A DNA stretch of 64,000 nt from an uncultured Candidatus Bathyarchaeia archaeon (lineage in GTDB: Archaea; Thermoproteota; CALKCG01; B24): NCBI GenBank assembly GCA_964568845.1, contig CAZMSC010000004.1, positions 55 through 64,054 on the forward strand, read 5' to 3'. Shown here piece after piece: positions 12,100 through 21,693 of the stretch; position 1 is the first letter of the stretch; the number at the start of each line of letters is the position of its first letter. The notes below the pieces were generated by a model. The model ran no database searches, was not told where the DNA came from, and was given only the letters and a program-made list of their open reading frames with translations. The translations under genes were made by a program, and so were the position numbers.

Positions 12100-12817
12100 T
12101 CTCTTCAACTTTTTTAGATTCTGTTTTAGCCTCAATTCGTTTAACGTACTCTTCCGTGAACACTATTTTCGAAATCTCCGGTATGAACCTCATGATATCG
12201 TTTGCCAGGCCTCGTTTTATAAGCTGTATTCCATCAACCATGAAGCTTTCAACAGGCATATTTATAGTTAAAATGTTTGAAGCTAAAGATAGTGAAAAGT
12301 TATCAGTGGGTATTGTGGGGAGCCGCCTATGTAGCAATGCTTTAATTTTATTAATTGGTTCTTTAACTTCGTCTTTCACTTCAACCTCATATTTGAGAGT
12401 CTTACCTGCTAAGGGGTGGTTGAAGTCAAGTTGAACTCGACCTGAGGATATACTTCTCACAGTAGCCAGTGTATCTCTAAATCTTACTCTGGCACCAGGC
12501 CTTAGGTTAGGCTCGCCTTTGAACATTCTAAGGGGGATAAGTCTGACTTTAGATGGGTCTCTGACGCCAAAGCCCTTCTCAGGGGGGACCTCAATCTCTC
12601 TTTTTTCACCAACACTCATCTCGTAGAGCTTCTCCTCTAAGCCGCTCACAACCCATCCCTCTCCTAAAACGACCAACATTGACTCATAAATCACGTCTGA
12701 ACGGTAAATGTTAAACTTTTTAGCCTCAGCCTCGATCGTTGTATCGAAGACCTCATCTGTATCTTTAATTCTAGCAATATAATCTATGAGTATGAAGTCT
12801 CCTTTTTGAAATGGCAT
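12077..12817 (-). CDS. long-type archaeal FKBP peptidyl-prolyl isomerase (SlyD-like with IF insert)
   Basis: GDFILIDYIARIKDTDEVFDTT, LVVLGEGWVVSGLEEKL and FNHPLAGKTLKYEVEV. Confidence 0.85.
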   Translation of the reverse strand: MPFQKGDFILIDYIARIKDTDEVFDTTIEAEAKKFNIYRSDVIYESMLVVLGEGWVVSGLEEKLYEMSVGEKREIEVPPEKGFGVRDPSKVRLIPLRMFKGEPNLRPGARVRFRDTLATVRSISSGRVQLDFNHPLAGKTLKYEVEVKDEVKEPINKIKALLHRRLPTIPTDNFSLSLASNILTINMPVESFMVDGIQLIKRGLANDIMRFIPEISKIVFTEEYVKRIEAKTESKKVEEIKEPASE

Positions 12818-12938
12818 TAATTCACCTCTTCCAGATGGAGTATTATAAGGCTTTTAAGGTTTACGGTTCTCCATAGGAAGAGGCGACGGCTGTGGGAAAC
12901 TTGACCTAATGGGGAAAAATTCTACAAGGTAGATTAAG

Positions 12939-13592
12939 TTAAGTTGCCCTCGTTAGAAATACTTCAGGTGAACCGTTTAATTCTAGAATAGCGTAAAAGT
13001 TTTGTCTAGCTGGTCCAGGGTTTACAATTAAAGTTTCACCTAAGTGATCTAAACCCCTGGCTTCATGTATATGCCCATGTAGAACGGTAAAAGGCTTATA
13101 CTCTTCTATAAAAGCTCTTAATGCTCTACTTCCGGCATGTAAACCAAGCGATGTTAGATCGGTTAAAGTGTTTGCCGGAGGACTATGGGAGACTACTATC
13201 AGACGTCCTCTGAAATCGTTCAAAGCCTCTCTAGCCATCTGACATATCTCCTCTTCTTCAAACTCTATTTGAGTAGTAAACGGTGTTTTAGTGGACCCTC
13301 CTATGCCTAGGAAGGCCATCGAATCTAATACGTGAAGTTTATCATGTATGTTTAAAGCTTTATCTACAATTCTCATGGTTAATAGAGCTGGTGGGTCGCA
13401 ATTCCCCGGAACGAAAAACGTTTGAAAGTCTCTGAAGAAGCTCAGCATTTTTTCAACTTCATTTAAACTTCCAAAATGTGTAATATCGCCGCATATCACC
13501 ACTAAATCTGGCTTAAGTCTTAATGCTTCTCTTGAAATACTGTAGGCTGCTTTAAAATTGCCGTGTATGTCGCTTAGAACTATGATCTTCAA
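12939..13592 (-). CDS. calcineurin-like metallophosphoesterase
   Basis: SDIHGN, CGDITHFG, GNCD and HGHIHE motifs in canonical order. Confidence 0.8.
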   Translation of the reverse strand: MKIIVLSDIHGNFKAAYSISREALRLKPDLVVICGDITHFGSLNEVEKMLSFFRDFQTFFVPGNCDPPALLTMRIVDKALNIHDKLHVLDSMAFLGIGGSTKTPFTTQIEFEEEEICQMAREALNDFRGRLIVVSHSPPANTLTDLTSLGLHAGSRALRAFIEEYKPFTVLHGHIHEARGLDHLGETLIVNPGPARQNFYAILELNGSPEVFLTRAT

Positions 13593-13593
13593 T

Positions 13594-13875
13594 TTACCAC
13601 CATCTTATTTCGAATGTTTTAAATTCACCTTTATATGACTCTTCAAAAAACACGACACTATCCACTTTAGCTGAAGAGGGGCCTCTTCGACACCATGCTA
13701 AAACCTTTCTAACAGAATCCTCTTCCCCTTCCAGTACGGCTTCAACTCTCCCATCTGGGAGATTTCTAACCCACCCGTTAACGCCATTTGAAAGAGCCAT
13801 CCTCCTTAGATGGTATCTAAAGCCCACTCCTTGAACAATACCTTGAATGAATACGTGAATCCTCAGCTTGACCAT
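13594..13875 (-). CDS. acyP: acylphosphatase
   Basis: 93 aa. VQGVGFRY and NGWVRNLPDGRVE signatures. Confidence 0.85.
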   Translation of the reverse strand: MVKLRIHVFIQGIVQGVGFRYHLRRMALSNGVNGWVRNLPDGRVEAVLEGEEDSVRKVLAWCRRGPSSAKVDSVVFFEESYKGEFKTFEIRWW

Positions 13876-15038
13876 AATACTTTACCAGCCTCTGCCAAAC
13901 CTACGCCGATCTTCTCTACACCATAGCCTAGGTGTGCTAAAGAATGCTCTAGAGCGTTTACAGTGGCCAAGACCTCATGAGCTGAAATATTACCCATACA
14001 TCCTATCCGAAAGATTAAACCCTTCAGCTTACCCTGACCTCCTCCGATAATCACAGCTTGTTTTAAACGCATGGTTTTTATGAGTTCTTCCGAATCGATG
14101 CCTTTAGGCGTTTTAACGGCTATTACCGTGTTCGAACGGTATTCATGTTCAAAAGGATACGGTTCTAAACCCAATGCTTCAACAGCTCTATAAAATGCTT
14201 TAGCACACTTTCTATGTCTGGCTATTCTAGCTTCAAGCCCCTCCTCTTTAATCATTTTCAACGCTTCATCGAGCGCGTAGAAGAGGGGGATGCTGGGTGT
14301 ATAGGGGGTTTGCCCTCTCTCCATATAATCAAGGTAGGCTTTAAGATTAAAGTAAACACCTCTATTTACCCGTTTAGCCTCCTCTATGAAACGTTCGCTA
14401 ACCGAAATTAATGCTAACCCTGGGGGAGCTGCTATACACTTCTGACTACCTGTGACACATACATCAATGCCCCACTTATCGACTGGAAGTTCAACACCAC
14501 CTAAACTTGAAACGGCATCAAGTATGACTAATGCATCATGATCGTGAGCTATGCGAGATATTTCAGCAAGATCTCTAATAAAAACGCCCGTAGATGTCTC
14601 ATTGTGAACTATTAAAATAGCTTTCACATTACGCCCTTCAGCGAAGGCTTCTTCAACGACAGCTGGTTTAACGGAAGAGCCCCATTCAACAGGTATTCTT
14701 AGGACTCTGCCGCCGTAAGCTTCCACCATTTCAGCAAACCTGTCGCAGAAGAACCCCATCGTAGGCACGATCACCGTGTCACCCTTACCGATGACGTTAC
14801 TTACTGCAAATTCCATTCCTCCGGTTCCTGAAGACGTTAAAATCACTATTGGATTTTCGGTCTGGAAGACATACTTAAGACCTGTTTGAATTTCCTCGAG
14901 AAGTAGCTTAAACTCCGGTCCTCTATGGTTGATTAGAGGTTTACTCATAGCCAACATTACTCTTTGAGCTGGGGTTGTAGGCCCGGGTATCATGAGGAGA
15001 GGCATGGCAACACCTTCATCGACTACCCACTTTAACAT
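13863..15038 (-). CDS. class V aminotransferase (serine/alanine-glyoxylate or phosphoserine aminotransferase type)
   Basis: MIPGPT, SSGTGGME and TGSQKC (PLP lysine). The true start may be MPLLMIPGPT at 15005. Confidence 0.8.
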   Translation of the reverse strand: MLKWVVDEGVAMPLLMIPGPTTPAQRVMLAMSKPLINHRGPEFKLLLEEIQTGLKYVFQTENPIVILTSSGTGGMEFAVSNVIGKGDTVIVPTMGFFCDRFAEMVEAYGGRVLRIPVEWGSSVKPAVVEEAFAEGRNVKAILIVHNETSTGVFIRDLAEISRIAHDHDALVILDAVSSLGGVELPVDKWGIDVCVTGSQKCIAAPPGLALISVSERFIEEAKRVNRGVYFNLKAYLDYMERGQTPYTPSIPLFYALDEALKMIKEEGLEARIARHRKCAKAFYRAVEALGLEPYPFEHEYRSNTVIAVKTPKGIDSEELIKTMRLKQAVIIGGGQGKLKGLIFRIGCMGNISAHEVLATVNALEHSLAHLGYGVEKIGVGLAEAGKVLWSS

Positions 15039-15041
15039 ACT

Positions 15042-16394
15042 CTAAGCTTTAAGTTTTCCTCTAACATACGCTACGACTTTTTCAACCTGTTCTTGGGCAG
15101 TACCTATATAATTCTCGGGCATCATAAATTTCTCGACTTCTTCAACTGTTAAATATCTTCTTACATCGGGGTTTTCTACTAAGACGTCTCTGAGACGTTT
15201 GTTGGTTTTCCAAGCTTCCATAGAACATCTTCTGATCACCTCGTGAGACCACTGTCTATCAGCTCCCTTAGAAACCATGGCGATCATAACGGCTTCAGAC
15301 ATTATGAGGTCTTTCTGAGACTCGAGATTCCTCTTTATATTCTCCGGGTAGACTTTTAATCCTTTTAAAACGTCCACCATAGTTTTAAGTTGCTCATCTA
15401 AAAGTAGACAGACTTCAGGCAGCATAACCCTCTCACAGCTACTATTCGTTAAGTCTCTCTCATGCTCCAACACTATATTCTCCAAAGCTGCTAGAGCCAT
15501 AGACCTCACAATCCTAGCTAAACCGCAAACCTTCTCACATTTAATTGGGTTGCGTTTATGAGGCATAGTACTTGAGCCGACTTGAGAATCTTCTCTAAAG
15601 GGTTCTTCAAGCTCTCTTATTTCACTCCTCTGAAGGTTCCGAATCTCATTGGCAATCTTATCTAAAGTTGAAGATATTATAGCCGCCAGCGTTACAAACT
15701 CCGCTAAACCGTCTCTGGGAACAACTTGAGTTGCGATCGTGGGCTCGTAAACCTCCATAATTTCCATAACCCTCTTTTGAATCTGAAAACCTTTATCCCC
15801 AAAGCTCGCCATGGTTCCCACAGCACCGCTCATCTTACCTACACATATCCTCGGTTTAGCTTCCTCAAGTCTATCTATGTGACGGGTGATTTCCGAAGCG
15901 TAGACCGCGAATTTAAAGCCCATAGTTGTCGGTAGCGCTGCAACCCCATGTGTTCTACCGAGGCAAACAAGATCCTTGTATTTTTCAGATAGGTCTGCCA
16001 AGGTGAGAGCGACTTCCCTCAGCTTAGATTCTATTATGGCTATGGAGTCTCTCAACTGAGTGGCTAAAACAGTATCCGTTATATCGTTGGAGGTAGCACC
16101 GATATGTACGTATCCCCCATATACGCCGCTCACTTCAGCTAAGGCTTTTACAACAGCCATAACTTCATGGTCTGTTACACGCTCCCAGCGATTGACTTCT
16201 TCAATCGTCACAGCGCCACTTTCGATAAGGTCATATATCTTGTCAACCGCCTCCACGGGGACTAATCCAACCTCAGATAAAGCCTTTAAAAGAGCCGCTT
16301 CAACAAGCATCATCCGCTTAAGCCATTCGCCTCTATCCCATATTCGCCTCATCTCAGATGTCCCATATCTATATTCTACCGGGTGCACTGGCAT
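15042..16394 (-). CDS. purB: adenylosuccinate lyase
   Basis: Fumarate-lyase signature GSSTMPHKRNP. Length 450 aa and overall PurB-like sequence. Confidence 0.9.
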   Translation of the reverse strand: MPVHPVEYRYGTSEMRRIWDRGEWLKRMMLVEAALLKALSEVGLVPVEAVDKIYDLIESGAVTIEEVNRWERVTDHEVMAVVKALAEVSGVYGGYVHIGATSNDITDTVLATQLRDSIAIIESKLREVALTLADLSEKYKDLVCLGRTHGVAALPTTMGFKFAVYASEITRHIDRLEEAKPRICVGKMSGAVGTMASFGDKGFQIQKRVMEIMEVYEPTIATQVVPRDGLAEFVTLAAIISSTLDKIANEIRNLQRSEIRELEEPFREDSQVGSSTMPHKRNPIKCEKVCGLARIVRSMALAALENIVLEHERDLTNSSCERVMLPEVCLLLDEQLKTMVDVLKGLKVYPENIKRNLESQKDLIMSEAVMIAMVSKGADRQWSHEVIRRCSMEAWKTNKRLRDVLVENPDVRRYLTVEEVEKFMMPENYIGTAQEQVEKVVAYVRGKLKA

Positions 16395-16460
16395 ACGGAG
16401 ACCACCTAACTATAAACCGTAAAAGTAATAAGTGATTATTTAAAATTCTGTTAAACACGT

Positions 16461-17999
16461 ATGTGTAGCTATAAAATAGTGCTGACCGCCGATGAAACTC
16501 TAATGTGTAGCTATGGCGGTAACGTGTTCTTAGGATTTATGGCTACTGGCCCAGTTTCAGGGTTTAAACCGTTTAACATAGCCATGAACTTTTTACTGAA
16601 GCCAGTACCCGCTGATTCGAAGGGGAGGGCTCTCATAGCACCTTTATCTCTTAGAATAATTGAAAGCGTATTAATCGATTCAAACGTTGTGAAGCCTGAT
16701 GAAATAATGATAACCAACCCGACGGCTCTACCGAAGGCGATCTCGGAAGATACTAGGATTATAGGTGTGAGCACGATGGATCCTAAAGGTTTAGGACCGG
16801 CATCATCGACCTTCTCAGGACCATATGGACTCGTACACAGTGAACCGTATTCAGCATACATGTTTAAGAAACTGGTTAGAAGTGAAGCTGTGCAGAAGGC
16901 TAGGAAGTGGGCTTCACTCGTAGTAGGCGGCTCTGGAGCATGGCAACTTAACGTAGATGATATGGAAAAGTTGGGAATAGATGTACTATTCATAGGTGAG
17001 GCTGAAGAGGAGGCTCCGAAGCTCTTCAAGAAACTCATAGAAGAAGGGAGACCTGAAAAACCCGTAATTATTACGGCTAATCCAAGCCGCAATATACCTA
17101 AGATTAAGGGTGCAACCATATGCGGCTTGATCGAGATATCTAGAGGGTGTGGAAGAGGATGTAGATTCTGCACACCTACTCTGAGGATTTTAAGACATAA
17201 ACCCCTGGAGGATGTTCTAAGTGATGTTAAGGTGAATGTTGAAGCTGGTCAGAGGACTATCTGCCTTCATGCTGAAGATGTCTTACAATACGGTGGAACA
17301 CCCTTCAAGAAGAGGCCGGATTTAGTGCTTAAACTCTTCAACATGATTATGAGCGTTGATGGGGTCAAATTCGTCTCAGTAAGCCATGCGGCTTTAAGCT
17401 CTATAGCTGAAAACCCGAGGTTAATATCAGATATAAGTGAAGTCTTAGGCTTAACCAAAGGTAGGTGGCTTGGATACCAGACGGGTATCGAAACTGGCAG
17501 CGTTAAGCTTATAGATAAGCTTATGCACATGAAGCCTTATCCATTTACAGCTAAAGATTGGCCTAATGTTGTTGAAGAGGCTTTTAAGGTAAGCTCAGAG
17601 TTTAACTGGGTTCCAGCTGCTACACTAATGCTCAACCTTCCCGGCGAGGAACCTGAGGATGTTTTGGCGACAGCTGATTTAGTCGATAGGCTTAAACCCT
17701 ATAAGAGTTTAATAGTTCCACTACTCTATGTTCCAATGACCGATTCTTCTAGGCATAGAGCTAGAAGACTTTTAGAAGACGCTGACGATGCGTATTGGCA
17801 ATTATACCATAGTGTATGGCGTCACGATATGAAATGGATATCCGTTTTAGCTAAGGAATATCTAGCTGAAACAAGTCCTAAAATAGGTTTACCAGTGAAG
17901 CTCTTCATAAGCTTTGTAAAGAACTTTATAAATCCATTGATTGAGCTGAAGCTTTCACACATTAAAACAATAGAGGCTATGCAGAAAGTCAAAACTTAA
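16461..17999 (+). CDS. radical SAM protein with an N-terminal B12-binding-like domain
   Basis: EISRGCGRGCRFCTP contains CX3CX2C. A Rossmann-like region precedes it. Confidence 0.75.
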   Translation: MCSYKIVLTADETLMCSYGGNVFLGFMATGPVSGFKPFNIAMNFLLKPVPADSKGRALIAPLSLRIIESVLIDSNVVKPDEIMITNPTALPKAISEDTRIIGVSTMDPKGLGPASSTFSGPYGLVHSEPYSAYMFKKLVRSEAVQKARKWASLVVGGSGAWQLNVDDMEKLGIDVLFIGEAEEEAPKLFKKLIEEGRPEKPVIITANPSRNIPKIKGATICGLIEISRGCGRGCRFCTPTLRILRHKPLEDVLSDVKVNVEAGQRTICLHAEDVLQYGGTPFKKRPDLVLKLFNMIMSVDGVKFVSVSHAALSSIAENPRLISDISEVLGLTKGRWLGYQTGIETGSVKLIDKLMHMKPYPFTAKDWPNVVEEAFKVSSEFNWVPAATLMLNLPGEEPEDVLATADLVDRLKPYKSLIVPLLYVPMTDSSRHRARRLLEDADDAYWQLYHSVWRHDMKWISVLAKEYLAETSPKIGLPVKLFISFVKNFINPLIELKLSHIKTIEAMQKVKT

Positions 18000-18009
18000 G
18001 GTGGTTTAA

Positions 18010-19077
18010 GTGGAGGGAAGAACGCTTATAATCTACGATGATGTATTTCTAGACCATTTAACTGGTCCAGGGCACCCTGAGAACCCGGATAGACTTAAAG
18101 CGATACTGAAAGGGCTTAAAAACTTCAAACTGCTTGAAAATCCTAAGGTTAAAGTTGAAAAGCCTCGAAAAGCCACTATAGATGAGCTATGTCTTATACA
18201 CAGTAGGAACTATGTAGACTTCATAGAGGGTTTTTGTCGTAATGGAGGGGGGATTTTAGGGACTTGGGGTGGCGGAGTCGTATGTAGTAGAGAGAGCTTT
18301 AAGGTAGCATGTTATGCTGCTGGAGGTGCTTTAAAAGCGGTAGATGAAGTCTTAAATGGGAGGTTTCAGAATTCTATTGCTCTTGTTAGACCTCCGGGGC
18401 ACCATGCTTCAATAGAGCTACCCTATGGCTTCTGCATATTTAATAATGTAGCTATAGCCGCTAAGTATCTCATAGATGCGAGGGGGGTCACTAGGGTTGC
18501 AATATTGGATATAGATGCTCACCACGGTAACGGTACTCAGGAGGTTTTCGAAGACACCTCTAAAGTCTTATATGTAAGTTTCCACCAGGATAGGATATTT
18601 CCAGGGACTGGGGCAATCGAAGATGTAGGTAGAGGAGAGGGTGAAGGGTTTAAAATAAACTTTCCACTTCCGCCTTATTCTAATGAAGAGGTCTACTTAA
18701 AGGCTTTAAACGGAATAGTAGGTCCTATCTTGGATCAATTTAAACCAGCTTACATATTAGTTTCTGCGGGATTTGACGCACATCACCTTGATCCATTAAC
18801 TGGTTTAGGCCTATCTAGTTCAGGCTACGTTGAAATTTACAAATGGATTGGAAAAATAGCTGAAAAGCTTACAGGCGGAAGATTTTCGGCAGTTCTAGAG
18901 GGAGGCTATGACCAGGAAGCTCTTGAAAAAGCAGCCTCATCAGTTGTAGCTACTATGGCAGGTCTGAACATTGAAGTCGACGACCCATGCCAAACAATGC
19001 CTGAGAATTTGAAGAAAGCAGCTTTCAGAGTTTTAGAAGATGTAAGGAGGATGGTCTCAAACTACTGGACTATTTAA
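18010..19077 (+). CDS. histone deacetylase-family amidohydrolase (AcuC/APAH-like)
   Basis: RPPGHHA, DIDAHHGNGTQ, GFDAH and LEGGY motifs. Confidence 0.85.
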   Translation: MEGRTLIIYDDVFLDHLTGPGHPENPDRLKAILKGLKNFKLLENPKVKVEKPRKATIDELCLIHSRNYVDFIEGFCRNGGGILGTWGGGVVCSRESFKVACYAAGGALKAVDEVLNGRFQNSIALVRPPGHHASIELPYGFCIFNNVAIAAKYLIDARGVTRVAILDIDAHHGNGTQEVFEDTSKVLYVSFHQDRIFPGTGAIEDVGRGEGEGFKINFPLPPYSNEEVYLKALNGIVGPILDQFKPAYILVSAGFDAHHLDPLTGLGLSSSGYVEIYKWIGKIAEKLTGGRFSAVLEGGYDQEALEKAASSVVATMAGLNIEVDDPCQTMPENLKKAAFRVLEDVRRMVSNYWTI

Positions 19078-19991
19078 ACCTTGATCTCTGTAATCCAATT
19101 TTTATACTTATCGACCTTGCCTAGGACTACTTTAAAGTATTGGTCTCTTATTTTTCTCGTTACAGGCCCTGGAGACCCATCTCCAATAATTCGATTGTCT
19201 ATGCTTAATATGGGCGTTATCTCAGCGGCTGTCCCTGTGAAGAAGGCCTCGTCACACGTGTACAATTCGCTTCTAGCTATAAGCCTCTCTTGGACTTTAA
19301 ACCCTAGGTCTTCAGCTATTTTCATGACTACGTCTCGGGTTACACCTTCAAGTATACCTGAAACTATTGACGGAGTTGAAATAACATCCCTCTTTACAAG
19401 GAATATGTTTTCACCAGTCCCCTCGCAAACGTAGCCGTGACCGTCGAGGAATATAGCCTCATCAAAACCACTTAAAACAGCTTCTACTTTAGCTAGACAT
19501 GAGTTTACATAGTTTCCGCACACTTTAGCAGACGGGGGCTGACTATCTATAGCTATTCTACGCCATGAAGAAACACAACATTTAACACCCATCTCCTCCA
19601 AGTATTTTCCAAATGGAAAGACAGCTATAGCGAGTTTCACGGGTGCTTTGAGGGGGTTTAACCCTATAACACCGTAACCCCTATAGACTATTGGTCTAAT
19701 ATAGCAGTTATCCCTTATGGAATTCGCTTTAATAGTCTCCACTATGGCCTCTTCGATCTGAGCACGGGTATATGGTATGTTCATGTAGAAGATTTTAGCT
19801 GAGTTGAAAAGCCTTGTTATATGGTCTCCAAGCCTGAATACTTTCAAAACACCTCCATCCCAATAGCCTCTGATACCTTCAAACACGGCTGTACCGTAGT
19901 GGAGGGCGTGCGTCATTACGTGGACTTTAGCCTCAGACCATTCTATGAATTCACCGTCCATCCAGATGTACTTGGCTTCAGATATGGACAT
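19074..19991 (-). CDS. ilvE: branched-chain amino acid aminotransferase (class IV)
   Basis: MSISEAKYIWMDGEFIEW...HALHYGTAVFEGIRGY...EGTGENIF. Start moved from the track's 20108 to ATG 19991, which removes the overlap with the upstream gene. Confidence 0.85.
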   Translation of the reverse strand: MSISEAKYIWMDGEFIEWSEAKVHVMTHALHYGTAVFEGIRGYWDGGVLKVFRLGDHITRLFNSAKIFYMNIPYTRAQIEEAIVETIKANSIRDNCYIRPIVYRGYGVIGLNPLKAPVKLAIAVFPFGKYLEEMGVKCCVSSWRRIAIDSQPPSAKVCGNYVNSCLAKVEAVLSGFDEAIFLDGHGYVCEGTGENIFLVKRDVISTPSIVSGILEGVTRDVVMKIAEDLGFKVQERLIARSELYTCDEAFFTGTAAEITPILSIDNRIIGDGSPGPVTRKIRDQYFKVVLGKVDKYKNWITEIKV

Positions 19992-20019
19992 ACAGAACCC
20001 TTCTAATAATTCTGGGAAA

Positions 20020-20439
20020 TTACTTATTAGCATTTCCACTGCGAAAGACTTGTTCCAGCGATTTCCTGAATTCCTCAATGGACTTAAAAATGTAATCTGC
20101 GTGTACAACTATCCAAGGACTTGGATTTTCTATTTCACATATGACTACTGTTTTCTTCCCGGATCTTTTAGCATAGAAGAGTTCCATGCAAACACCCGCG
20201 CTTAGAATAGGCATATAAGCTAGGAAAATGTCGCATCCATCTATGTCTCTAAGGTCTTTTTCAACTAGCACCTTAAGTTTATCCGACTCAACATCTCCAC
20301 GGTAAATCAGCTTTTCCCTCAGCCAAGGGTCTAAAACTTCACATCCAGCTTTTTCAAGTACACTTGTTAACGTAGCTCTATATTCTTGTACGTCTTCAAA
20401 ACCCTGTATTGGTCCTGCTAAGAAGACTCTAGGTTTCAT
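20020..20439 (-). CDS. nucleoside 2-deoxyribosyltransferase-like protein
   Basis: N-terminal VFLAGPIQG and SAGVCMELFYAKRSGKKTVVI resemble the PF05014 pattern (from memory). Confidence 0.5.
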   Translation of the reverse strand: MKPRVFLAGPIQGFEDVQEYRATLTSVLEKAGCEVLDPWLREKLIYRGDVESDKLKVLVEKDLRDIDGCDIFLAYMPILSAGVCMELFYAKRSGKKTVVICEIENPSPWIVVHADYIFKSIEEFRKSLEQVFRSGNANK

Positions 20440-20465
20440 AGGAAACTGTTATAATAAACGTCTAT

Positions 20466-21674
20466 TTGAAGATTTTACTGGCCGATATTATGAGCCGTAA
20501 TCTCGACTATGAAGTTGATGTTTTAAGCAGAACAGTATCTATAAATACGGATGCTGAATCCAAGCTTGGATACCGTGAATGCGCAGAAGTTATAGCTGAA
20601 GAAGCAAAAAAACTTGGGTTAAGCGTTTCTATATACGATTCGGTGGGGTTAGCAGATGATAATAAACATAGACCCAACATCGTAGCTAGACTTAACGTGG
20701 ATTCAGATCATACAGTCTCACTAGTTACACACTATGATGTTGTACCCGCTGGTGTAGGATGGAGCAGTGACCCGTTTAAGTTAAGGGTTGTAAATGGGAA
20801 AGCCTATGGTAGAGGAGCAGCTGATGATAAAGGCGCTATAGCAGCAGCATTAGGAGCTTTAAAACTAGTAGGTGAAAAGGCTAAGATGAACGTGATTCTA
20901 ATAGCTTCTCCGGATGAAGAGGTTGGCGGTGAGCTCGGAGTAGGATATCTCGTGAATCATATCGGTATCAAATGCGATGAGGCCGTGGTTTTAGACGCAA
21001 GCCCAGAGTTTGTATCGATCGGAGCATCGGGTGTTGTAAACGGTTGGATTAGGGTTAAAGGGGTTCAAGGCCATGCTGGTTATCCACATAAAGCCGTGAA
21101 TCCTATATATGGCATGGTTCGCCTATTAGAAGGATTAGAGGGTTTTTCAAATTTAAGAGCTACAAGACTTTCAAAAATAGATTCGCCACCAAATTCACCT
21201 ATTAAAAAAGTTTGGGGTAGGTTTAGCATAACAATGGTCAGGTCTGGTGTTAAGAGTAACGTTATACCAGCCGAAGCTGAGGCCTGTTTCGATATGAGAA
21301 CACTACCGGATGAAGACTCTATGTGTGCGGTAGAAGAACTTAAAGCCTACCTCGTTTCGTTGGCTAAAAACCTCGGGTTGAATACTGAAATTTACGGAAT
21401 CAGGGTAGGTTCAGGCTACTATACAGAACCAAACCATGATTTTATTGCAAGGTTTAGAAGAGCCGTTTCAAAAATCTACGGACGCGAGGTTCCAATTGCC
21501 GCTGAACTTGGAGGAAACGATGGAAAGTTCTTTGCAAATAAGGGAATACCCGTGGTTTCATTTGGATGCATAGGACCAGATACCAATTTCCACGGCGTAG
21601 ATGAGTTTGTACACCTCAGACACATCGCGTTGGTTAGAGATGTGCTTTTAGAGTACATCTCCACCTATCCCTAA
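20466..21674 (+). CDS. M20 metallopeptidase (ArgE/DapE/LysK-type deacylase)
   Basis: THYDVVPAG, GRGAADDKG and SPDEEVGG metal-ligand motifs. Confidence 0.8.
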   Translation: MKILLADIMSRNLDYEVDVLSRTVSINTDAESKLGYRECAEVIAEEAKKLGLSVSIYDSVGLADDNKHRPNIVARLNVDSDHTVSLVTHYDVVPAGVGWSSDPFKLRVVNGKAYGRGAADDKGAIAAALGALKLVGEKAKMNVILIASPDEEVGGELGVGYLVNHIGIKCDEAVVLDASPEFVSIGASGVVNGWIRVKGVQGHAGYPHKAVNPIYGMVRLLEGLEGFSNLRATRLSKIDSPPNSPIKKVWGRFSITMVRSGVKSNVIPAEAEACFDMRTLPDEDSMCAVEELKAYLVSLAKNLGLNTEIYGIRVGSGYYTEPNHDFIARFRRAVSKIYGREVPIAAELGGNDGKFFANKGIPVVSFGCIGPDTNFHGVDEFVHLRHIALVRDVLLEYISTYP

Positions 21675-21693
21675 TTTTTCATTATGCTTTCTG

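Noticed and set aside
16511-17173. 220-aa minus-strand ORF
   Set aside because: It lies entirely antisense to the well-supported radical SAM gene. Its composition is low-complexity Ser/Pro/Leu-rich, typical of a shadow ORF.
19992-20108. N-terminal extension of ilvE overlapping the upstream gene by 89 nt
   Set aside because: Family alignment starts at MSISEAKYIWMDGEF. Using ATG 19991 removes the overlap.
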